From: a virus
Lineage: Duplodnaviria; Heunggongvirae; Uroviricota; Caudoviricetes
DNA: 4,715 nucleotides
IMG/VR virus record: IMGVR_UViG_2671180427_000006
Coordinates: 1-4,715 of that record
Strand: one strand, 5' to 3'
The notes beneath the pieces are model-generated. The model had not been told where the DNA came from. It did no database searches and saw only the letters and a list, made by a program, of their open reading frames with translations. Of this stretch, positions 1 through 4,715 are shown piece by piece. The first letter of the stretch is position 1; every line of letters starts with the position of its first letter. Position numbers and translations under genes: made by a program.

Positions 1-1692
1 GTCAGTGGTGCAACTGAGCCGGAGTGGTACTACGTCATCGTACTGGCCGGGCAGTCCAATGCCATGGCTTACGGTGAAGGGCTTCCGCTTCCGGATTCAT
101 ACGATGCGCCCCATCCGCGCATTAAGCAACTGGCCCGTCGTAACACAGTGACTCCCGGTGGTGAAGTATGCGTATTTAACGACATCATTCCTGCTGACCA
201 TTGTCTGCATGATGTTCAGGATATGAGTACGATTAACCATCCCCGGGCTGACCTGAGCAAAGGGCAGTACGGCTGTGTCGGACAGGGCTTACATATTGCC
301 AAAAAACTGCTTCCGTATATCCCTAATAATGCGGGGATCCTGCTGGTACCATGCTGTCGTGGTGGTTCGGCATTCACCCAGGGCACGGAGGGGACATTCA
401 GCGAGTCCACGGGGGCCAGTCAGGATTCGGCTCGCTGGGGAGTGGGTAAGCCGTTATATCAGGATCTGCTTTTCCGCACGAAGGCAGCATTGCAGAAAAA
501 CCCGAAAAACGTTTTGCTGGCGATATGCTGGATGCAGGGGGAATTCGATATGACGAATGCCAGTTACGCCCAGCAGCCAGCAGCATTTCTTGCAATGGTA
601 CAGCAGTTCCGTGCTGACCTTGCCGGGCTGGCGGCGCAGTGTCACGGTGGAAGTCCGGCATCAGTCCCCTGGATTTGTGGCGACACGACATACGCGTGGA
701 AACAAGAACACGGTACGCAATATGAAGTGGTATATGGTGCATATAAAGGTAAAGAATCCCAGCAGATTTATTTTGTTCCCTTTATGACCGATGGTAGCGG
801 AGTTAATACACCGACAAACAACCCGTCAGAAGATCCTGATATTGTCGGGTCTGGTTATTACGGTTCGGCATCCCGAACGAACAAAAACTGGGTATCATCA
901 AATCGCCCGACGCATTTCAGCTCATGGGCGCGTCGTGGCATTATTCCCGATCGTATGGCAACCGCTATTCTGAACGCAGTCGGGCGCACCTCAGCCTTCA
1001 TCAGTGGTAAGGCACCGGAAATCAAACCCTCGCCCGGCGGCGACACGCCATCGGGTCCGTCTGCAGATACGTCCGTTCGCACAATCTCCCTGCTGCCGAC
1101 AGCCGGAGAGGCTGCTGCGCAGGGCTGGACCATTAAGGACGGCGGAATTCAGTTGTCGGGTGGTGTATTTAAGATCGCCAAGCAGAGCAATAAAACCTGG
1201 TCCCTGACGCGCCCGGTGGATGACGCAGTCTCCCTGCTGACACGGGGTGGCAGACTGAGCTGTAAGTTTCGACTGTCAGGCGCACTGACCAACAATCAGT
1301 TCGGTCTGGGAATTTATCTGTATACCGATGTAGCGTTACCTGACGTCGTGGCGATGACGGGTACCGGTAACCCGTTCCTGATGTCGTTCTTCACCCAGAC
1401 CACAGACGGCAAACTGAATCTGATGCATCACAAGAAAGCAGGAAACACAAAGTTGGGCGAGTTCGGGAATTACAGTAACGACTGGCAGACGCTGGAGCTG
1501 GTGTTCACCGCCGGCAGTGCCACGGTTACTCCGAAACTGAATGGAGTGGCTGGCCCGGCATTCCAGGTCATAAAAGACAGTCTGACACTGGGGCTGAATG
1601 CGCTGACGCTGACGGATATTACCAAAAATGCAGCGTATGGCGTTGAGATAGAAAGTCTGGTGCTGGAGATAAATGCACCGGCATCATCATAA
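1..1692 (+). CDS. nanS-p: Sialate O-acetylesterase, SGNH/SASA family (NanS-p-like prophage esterase); 5'-partial, start lies upstream of window
   Basis: The reading frame is open from base 1 with no stop before the first ATG at 64. The conserved motif YVIVLAGQSNAM spans that ATG, so Met-64 is internal. GQSN (catalytic Ser block), a downstream Gly block (CCRGGSAF), the WMQGEFD (QGE) block and a later His fit SASA-type carbohydrate esterases. Stop TAA at 1690-1692. The long C-terminal Gly/Thr/Ser-rich extension is of unknown function. Confidence 0.8.
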   Translation, partial: VSGATEPEWYYVIVLAGQSNAMAYGEGLPLPDSYDAPHPRIKQLARRNTVTPGGEVCVFNDIIPADHCLHDVQDMSTINHPRADLSKGQYGCVGQGLHIAKKLLPYIPNNAGILLVPCCRGGSAFTQGTEGTFSESTGASQDSARWGVGKPLYQDLLFRTKAALQKNPKNVLLAICWMQGEFDMTNASYAQQPAAFLAMVQQFRADLAGLAAQCHGGSPASVPWICGDTTYAWKQEHGTQYEVVYGAYKGKESQQIYFVPFMTDGSGVNTPTNNPSEDPDIVGSGYYGSASRTNKNWVSSNRPTHFSSWARRGIIPDRMATAILNAVGRTSAFISGKAPEIKPSPGGDTPSGPSADTSVRTISLLPTAGEAAAQGWTIKDGGIQLSGGVFKIAKQSNKTWSLTRPVDDAVSLLTRGGRLSCKFRLSGALTNNQFGLGIYLYTDVALPDVVAMTGTGNPFLMSFFTQTTDGKLNLMHHKKAGNTKLGEFGNYSNDWQTLELVFTAGSATVTPKLNGVAGPAFQVIKDSLTLGLNALTLTDITKNAAYGVEIESLVLEINAPASS

Positions 1693-1777
1693 AAAGTGAG
1701 CCAGTCAAATGGAAGGTATCGTTAAACTCACCGGTAGTGTCAGTGGGGCGTCTGAGATGCCTGCATGAGTTATCAGA

Positions 1778-1807
1778 GCCATCAGTACTTAACTGGTGGC
1801 TTTTTTT
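1778..1807 (+). terminator. Rho-independent terminator between the esterase gene and the holin
   Basis: Stem GCCATCAG (1778-1785) / CTGGTGGC (1793-1800), 8 bp with one G-U pair, 7-nt loop TACTTAA, followed by TTTTTTT (1801-1807). Confidence 0.55.
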
Positions 1808-1842
1808 ATTGTTGTCAGCTTCCGGATAACGGGAGACGGGGT

Positions 1843-2058
1843 ATGTACCAGATGGAAAAAATCACAACAGGTGTGTCATACACCACGTCAGCGGTGGGAA
1901 CGGGCTACTGGTTCCTGCAGTTGCTGGACAGGGTTTCCCCGTCTCAGTGGGCGGCAATAGGCGTGCTGGGGAGTCTGCTGTTTGGGCTGCTGACATATCT
2001 GACTAACCTGTATTTCAAAATCAGAGAGGACCGTCGTAAGGCTGCACGGGGAGAGTAA
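1843..2058 (+). CDS. S: Class II holin, phage 21 S-type (pinholin family), 71 aa
   Basis: [71 protein letters not shown]. Two TMDs, the first Gly/Ala/Ser/Thr-rich (SAR-like), with a charged C-terminus; near-identical in pattern to S21/EssD as recalled. SD GGGAG (1831-1835) 7 nt before ATG 1843; a second in-frame Met at codon 4 gives a dual-start motif. Confidence 0.9.
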   Translation: MYQMEKITTGVSYTTSAVGTGYWFLQLLDRVSPSQWAAIGVLGSLLFGLLTYLTNLYFKIREDRRKAARGE

Positions 2059-2062
2059 TTCA

Positions 2063-2413
2063 ATGACTCAAAACTATGAACTGATTGTGAAAGGGATCCG
2101 CAATTTTGAGAATAAAGTTACGGTAACTTTAGCGTTACGGGACAAAAAACGCTTTGACGGTGAAATTTTTGACCTGGACATCTCGCTGGACCGTGTTGAA
2201 GGTGCCACGCTGGAGTTTTATGAGGCAGCAGCCAGAAGGAGCATCAGACAGGTCTTCCTGGATGTTGCTGCCGGGTTATGTGAAGGGGATGAGCAGTCGC
2301 CGGAAAAGCGCCCCGTAATTTTAGAGGCGCAGAATGTATGGATAACCTACAAAGGAAAGCTACCGGGAATAATTACTGGTTCTCTGAAGACTCCTCCGGA
2401 ATCACAACCTTAA
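2063..2413 (+). CDS. ydfR: DUF1327 family protein (YdfR-like), 116 aa, conserved but uncharacterised lysis-cassette gene
   Basis: SD GGGAGAG (2049-2055) before ATG 2063, starting 4 nt after the holin stop. The N-terminal sequence MTQNYELIVKGIRNFENKVTV and the position between holin and endolysin match my recollection of YdfR in the E. coli Qin prophage (essQ-ydfR-rrrQ). Confidence 0.72.
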   Translation: MTQNYELIVKGIRNFENKVTVTLALRDKKRFDGEIFDLDISLDRVEGATLEFYEAAARRSIRQVFLDVAAGLCEGDEQSPEKRPVILEAQNVWITYKGKLPGIITGSLKTPPESQP

Positions 2414-2476
2414 GTCACTGACCGGAACAGATAAACCTGTCCGTGGGCAGAAACCGATAAATCCTGATAAATATCC

Positions 2477-3010
2477 ATGAACACCAAAATCAAATACGGC
2501 CTGTCGGCTGCCGTTCTGGCGCTGATTGCCGCTGGTGCGCCTGCGCCTGACATTCTCGACCAGTTTCTGGATGAAAAGGAAGGTAACCACACCACGGCAT
2601 ACCGTGATGGCGCGGGTATCTGGACCATCTGCCGCGGTGCCATCCTGGTGGATGGCAAACCTGTCGTTCCTGGCATGAAGTTGTCGAAGGAAAAATGCGA
2701 CCGGGTTAACGCCATTGAGCGTGATAAGGCGCTGGCATGGGTGGAGAAAAACATCAGAGTGCCATTGAGTGAACCCCAGAAAGCGGGGATCGCGTCATTC
2801 TGTCCGTACAACATTGGCCCCGGTAAGTGTTTTCCGTCGACGTTTTATAAACGAATTAATGCAGGTGATCGCAGGGGAGCGTGTGAGGCGATTCGCTGGT
2901 GGATTAAGGACGGTGGCAGGGACTGCCGTATTCGCTCAAATAACTGTTACGGTCAGGTATCCCGTCGTGACCAGGAGAGCGCGCTGGCGTGCTGGGGAAT
3001 CGACAGATAA
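2477..3010 (+). CDS. R: SAR endolysin (T4-lysozyme-like muramidase with N-terminal signal-anchor-release domain), 177 aa
   Basis: Weakly hydrophobic Ala/Gly-rich N-terminal TMD (LSAAVLALIAAGAPAP) followed by catalytic E35-x8-D44-x5-T50 (EGNHTTAYRDGAGIWT), as in phage 21 R21. Pairs functionally with the pinholin upstream. Confidence 0.92.
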   Translation: MNTKIKYGLSAAVLALIAAGAPAPDILDQFLDEKEGNHTTAYRDGAGIWTICRGAILVDGKPVVPGMKLSKEKCDRVNAIERDKALAWVEKNIRVPLSEPQKAGIASFCPYNIGPGKCFPSTFYKRINAGDRRGACEAIRWWIKDGGRDCRIRSNNCYGQVSRRDQESALACWGIDR

Positions 3011-3101
3011 GCAGAATATTTTGCTAATAAATGACGTTGGCCAAGGCGGATGGATAACACGAAATCCTGCGAACTGGCAAAATGTAAGTGAATAAAAGTA
3101 A

Positions 3102-3140
3102 AAACCCCGTTTGTTGGCAGCAAGCGGGGTTTTGTTTTTA
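3102..3140 (+). terminator. Strong Rho-independent terminator (bidirectional in appearance) about 90 bp after the endolysin
   Basis: Stem AAACCCCGTTTG (3102-3113) / CAAGCGGGGTTT (3121-3132), 12 bp with one G-U, 7-nt loop TTGGCAG, then TTTTGTTTTT. An A-rich tract upstream (AATAAAAGTAAAA) gives a T-tract on the opposite strand. Confidence 0.75.
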
Positions 3141-3204
3141 TGGCAGTAAGCTATGGGAGGCTGCCTTGATTGATTTTAGCAAACTGATTAGGGAGTTGCG
3201 ACTC

Positions 3205-3300
3205 ATGATTAGTCAATTACCAAACTGGAAATTTTTGCTGGTCTGGAGCATCCCTTTTTTATGGGTAGTATCCCAGTTAATTGTGGCAATTAAGGGGTAG
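3205..3300 (+). CDS. Hypothetical small hydrophobic peptide, 31 aa (MISQLPNWKFLLVWSIPFLWVVSQLIVAIKG)
   Basis: ATG 3205 preceded by SD GGGAG (3191-3195) with 9-nt spacing; one predicted TMD; stop TAG 3298-3300 sits 2 nt before the next ORF's ATG. Too short for the supplied ORF track. Confidence 0.4.
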   Translation: MISQLPNWKFLLVWSIPFLWVVSQLIVAIKG

Positions 3301-3302
3301 CT

Positions 3303-3434
3303 ATGTCAGACAAACTCATAACGCCGGCAAAGGTCCTGTGTGTGATTGTCGGTATTTCATTTTCACTAATGCTGGTTGCTCTTTTTCTGTCCTTCGCCTG
3401 GGTGATGTTGTCTTCGTCGGGGCTGCTGGGGTGA
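3303..3434 (+). CDS. Hypothetical small membrane peptide, 43 aa (MSDKLITPAKVLCVIVGISFSLMLVALFLSFAWVMLSSSGLLG)
   Basis: ATG 3303 with SD AAGGGG (3293-3298); polar N-terminus then a ~26-residue hydrophobic segment (single TMD); stop TGA 3432-3434 overlaps the GTG of the next ORF (GTGA). Confidence 0.45.
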   Translation: MSDKLITPAKVLCVIVGISFSLMLVALFLSFAWVMLSSSGLLG

Positions 3435-3553
3435 CAGTGACTGATGACATCAGCAGAGCGCTGGCTTTTGCTATTAAGTGGGTGGCTGTTGGTATTGCTG
3501 TGTCTCCGATGCTGTATGGGCTGGCAAAACTGGTCATTGCGCTGAAATCGTGA
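3431..3553 (+). CDS. Hypothetical small hydrophobic peptide, ~40 aa from GTG 3431 (start uncertain; ...TDDISRALAFAIKWVAVGIAVSPMLYGLAKLVIALKS)
   Basis: Open frame ending TGA 3551-3553; candidate GTG starts at 3431 or 3437; shares the motif RA(L/M)AFAI(K/R)xVA with the next peptide. The longer TTG-3281 version in the ORF track overlaps the previous ORF and lacks an SD. Confidence 0.35.
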   Translation: MTVTDDISRALAFAIKWVAVGIAVSPMLYGLAKLVIALKS

Positions 3554-3564
3554 ACTTTAAAAAG

Positions 3565-3651
3565 ATGAGTGCTGAACTTATTCGGGCAATGGCATTTGCC
3601 ATTCGTATTGTGGCCATTGCTGTTCTGGTCTGGGCAATCCGTTGGTGGTGA
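3565..3651 (+). CDS. Hypothetical small hydrophobic peptide, 28 aa ([28 protein letters not shown]), paralogous to the preceding peptide
   Basis: ATG 3565, 11 nt after the previous stop; stop TGA 3649-3651 is 1 nt before the Rz ATG; single hydrophobic helix with a Trp-rich C-terminus; no strong SD. Confidence 0.35.
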   Translation: MSAELIRAMAFAIRIVAIAVLVWAIRWW

Positions 3652-3652
3652 T

Positions 3653-4147
3653 ATGAACCGTGTTCTGTGTGTGGTGATTATTGTCCTGCTGGTAGCCTGT
3701 GGTGTGCTTAGTCTGGGGCTGAATCATTACCGCGATAACGCCATCACCTACAAAGCGCAGCGCGATAAAAAAGTCAGTGAGCTGAAACTGGCGAATGCCA
3801 CTATTACTGACATGCAGCAGCGCCAGCGAGATGTCGCTGCGCTTGATGCCAGATACACGAAGGAATTAGCCGATGCGAGAGCTGAAAATGAAACTCTGCG
3901 CGCTGATGTTGCCGCTGGTCGTAAGCGCCTGCGGGTCAACGCCACCTGCCCCGGTACCGTGCGTGAAGCCACCGGCACCTCCAGCGTGGATAATGCAACC
4001 GGCCCCCGACTGGCAGACACCGCTGAACGGGATTATTTCATCCTCAGAGAACGGTTGATGACAATGCAGAAGCAGCTGGAAGGGGCGCAGGAATATATCC
4101 GCACTCAGTGCACTAAGCTGGCTTTTTATTATCCGGAGGATACATGA
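3653..4147 (+). CDS. Rz: Rz i-spanin (inner-membrane spanin subunit), 164 aa
   Basis: [40 protein letters not shown]..., an N-terminal TMD plus coiled-coil periplasmic domain, closely matching lambda Rz as recalled ([41 protein letters not shown]). ATG 3653 chosen over the upstream GTG 3569 of the ORF track. Confidence 0.92.
   Translation: MNRVLCVVIIVLLVACGVLSLGLNHYRDNAITYKAQRDKKVSELKLANATITDMQQRQRDVAALDARYTKELADARAENETLRADVAAGRKRLRVNATCPGTVREATGTSSVDNATGPRLADTAERDYFILRERLMTMQKQLEGAQEYIRTQCTKLAFYYPEDT
3873..4058 (+). CDS. Rz1: Rz1 o-spanin (outer-membrane lipoprotein spanin subunit), 61 aa, embedded in the +1 frame of Rz
   Basis: [61 protein letters not shown]: signal peptide with lipobox (VSAC), Pro-rich mature part, strong similarity to lambda Rz1 as recalled. 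SD AAGGA (3859-3863) 9 nt before ATG 3873. Confidence 0.88.
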   Translation: MRELKMKLCALMLPLVVSACGSTPPAPVPCVKPPAPPAWIMQPAPDWQTPLNGIISSSENG

Positions 4148-4368
4148 AGAAATTACGGGTAACCGTAGAACCTTTTCAGGGAACAATTCCGTTCCGTATT
4201 TTGCAGCGTGGTCGTGTTCTTGTTGAAGGTTCGTTCAGTGGTAAATGTACGCAATTACACTCCCGGACCTTTCAGGTGAATGCCACGAATGAAGAGCTAA
4301 CCGTGGAGTGTACGATGAATGCCGCTAAATGCCGCATGGTATCCGCTGCATTACAGCCAGTGTGTTGA
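4144..4368 (+). CDS. Hypothetical protein, 74 aa, basic N-terminus, four Cys, no TMD; start overlaps Rz stop (ATGA)
   Basis: ATG 4144 overlaps the Rz TGA (4145-4147) and is preceded by SD GGAGGA (4135-4140). [74 protein letters not shown]. No family recognised by me. Confidence 0.45.
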   Translation: MKKLRVTVEPFQGTIPFRILQRGRVLVEGSFSGKCTQLHSRTFQVNATNEELTVECTMNAAKCRMVSAALQPVC

Positions 4369-4571
4369 GCGACCTTATTATCCATGCGCGGTATTGTCGC
4401 CGTATTCCTGCATTAACAGAGACCGCAGCCCGACAGGGAGACTCCTCTGCGCGAGTGTGCGGGGATAATCAAAAACGATACACACCGGGGTTTACCGCGT
4501 TAACGGAGCGCGGCGTTGTCCCCTCATAGTCGCCTGTCCGGTGCGATGGTGGAAGAAACCGGACTACATTG

Positions 4572-4594
4572 AAAATGATAACCATTATCATTTT
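4572..4594. repeat. Perfect 10-bp inverted repeat AAAATGATAA-CCA-TTATCATTTT resembling a Fur box, immediately upstream of cosQ/cosN
   Basis: Arms 4572-4581 and 4585-4594 are exact reverse complements. The core AATGATAACCATTATC matches the Fur consensus GATAATGATAATCATTATC at 15 of 16 overlapping positions. No properly spaced -10 element is evident. Confidence 0.5.
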
Positions 4595-4595
4595 T

Positions 4596-4680
4596 GCGGG
4601 TCCTTTCCGGCGATCCGGGCCGTTACGGGGCGGCGACCTCGCGGTTTTTCACTATTTATGAAAATTTTTCAGGGAAAATC
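4596..4680. other. cos: cos region of a lambda-type phage (cosQ-proximal flank, cosN, beginning of cosB)
   Basis: GCGGGTCCTTTCCGGCGATCCGGGCCGTTACG | GGGCGGCGACCT | CGCGGTTTTTCACTATTTATGAAAATTTTT closely matches the lambda right end, cohesive end and first bases of the left end (recalled lambda: ACGGGTCCTTTCCGGTGATCCGACAGGTTACG / GGGCGGCGACCT / CGCGGGTTTTCGCTATTTATGAAAATTTTCC). Confidence 0.85.
4628..4639. other. cosN: cosN 12-nt cohesive-end sequence (terminase nicking site; virion genome left end would begin here)
   Basis: Exact match to the phage lambda 12-nt 5' cohesive end GGGCGGCGACCT, preceded by GTTACG as at the lambda right end. Confidence 0.85.
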
Positions 4681-4715
4681 GTGTCGGTACTTCTCGAATA
4701 TAACTTTTTGTTTTT

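Larger units (their letters stand above)
1..4715. mobile_element. Late/lysis region of a lambdoid (Stx-phage-like) prophage running up to and across its cos site
   Basis: Colinear holin, endolysin, Rz/Rz1 cassette on one strand, followed by a cos site whose 12-nt cohesive-end sequence and flanks match phage lambda; a NanS-p-like esterase sits upstream of the holin, as in Stx phages. Confidence 0.85.

Noticed and set aside
216-1207. Eight shorter ORFs from the six-frame track overlapping the esterase gene (216-410 -, 275-553 +, 398-742 -, 454-645 -, 557-787 +, 791-973 +, 858-1133 -, 1004-1207 +)
   Set aside because: All lie inside the long, motif-supported esterase reading frame, in other frames or antisense, with no RBS; typical spurious ORFs in GC-balanced coding DNA.
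1765-2058. Extended 97-aa version of the holin ORF starting at ATG 1765
   Set aside because: The extra N-terminal 26 codons run through the terminator hairpin and T-tract (1778-1807), have no SD and do not resemble holin sequence; ATG 1843 has a good SD and gives the canonical 71-aa holin.
2414-2476. Imperfect hairpin (CGGAACAG-ATAAAC-CTGTCCG) and tandem GATAAAT repeats just upstream of the endolysin start
   Set aside because: The stem is short with a bulge and has no U-tract, so not a terminator. The repeats are short and A/T-rich and may simply be an SD-poor translation initiation region; not enough to call a regulatory site.
2402-3095. Antisense and alternate-frame ORFs across the endolysin (2402-2590 -, 2410-2814 -, 2769-3095 +)
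   Set aside because: They overlap a well-supported endolysin CDS with an intact catalytic triad; no RBS or recognisable domains.
3088-3300. 70-aa ORF as given in the track
   Set aside because: Its 5' part reads straight through the strong terminator hairpin at 3102-3140; only the C-terminal 31 codons from ATG 3205, which has a proper SD, are kept as a candidate small gene.
3316-3537. 73-aa minus-strand ORF antisense to the small-peptide ORFs
   Set aside because: No RBS, Pro/Thr/Ala-rich low-complexity translation typical of antisense reading of hydrophobic-peptide genes; it would be the only minus-strand gene in the window.
3281-3553. 90-aa TTG-initiated ORF as given in the track
   Set aside because: TTG start without an SD, and the first ~50 codons overlap the better-supported 43-codon ORF (3303-3434) in another frame; a shorter GTG-initiated version (3431-3553) coupled to the preceding stop is more plausible.
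3569-4147. 192-aa GTG-initiated extended Rz
   Set aside because: The N-terminal extension overlaps the 28-codon ORF in another frame; ATG 3653 gives an N-terminus that matches lambda Rz (TMD then [16 protein letters not shown]).
3748-4186. Minus-strand ORFs (3748-4020, 3866-4186) antisense to Rz/Rz1
   Set aside because: They overlap two well-supported, conserved spanin genes; no RBS; low-complexity translations.
4329-4529. 66-aa + strand ORF between the 74-aa ORF and cos
   Set aside because: No SD, overlaps the end of the 74-aa ORF in another frame, Arg-rich translation without hydrophobic core features; more likely non-coding cos-proximal DNA.
4148-4627. Search for a bor-like lipoprotein gene on the minus strand between Rz and cos, as in lambda
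   Set aside because: No minus-strand ORF of appropriate size exists here; bor appears to be absent from this phage.
1-4715. CRISPR arrays, tRNA/rRNA genes, integrase or att sites, IS elements
   Set aside because: No regularly spaced direct repeats, no tRNA-like cloverleaf candidates, and no transposase or integrase-like ORFs were seen; the window is entirely phage late-region sequence.

Overview
This window is the late (lysis) region of a lambdoid, Stx-phage-like prophage of an enterobacterium (E. coli-like), ending at the cos site. All supported genes are on the + strand, in this order: a 5'-truncated NanS-p-like sialate O-acetylesterase (1-1692), an intrinsic terminator, an S21-type pinholin (1843-2058), a DUF1327/YdfR-like protein (2063-2413), a SAR endolysin with an E-x8-D-x5-T triad (2477-3010), a strong intrinsic terminator (3102-3140), four tightly packed tiny ORFs encoding hydrophobic peptides (3205-3651), the Rz/Rz1 spanins (3653-4147, with 3873-4058 embedded), a 74-aa Cys-containing ORF overlapping the Rz stop (4144-4368), a Fur-box-like palindrome (4572-4594), and cosN with the lambda cohesive-end sequence GGGCGGCGACCT (4628-4639). 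The most unusual content is the small-peptide module between endolysin and Rz, which are normally adjacent. Second is the orphan ORF plus palindrome between Rz and cos, where lambda carries bor. All identifications rest on reading the sequence and recalled family knowledge; no database search was run.
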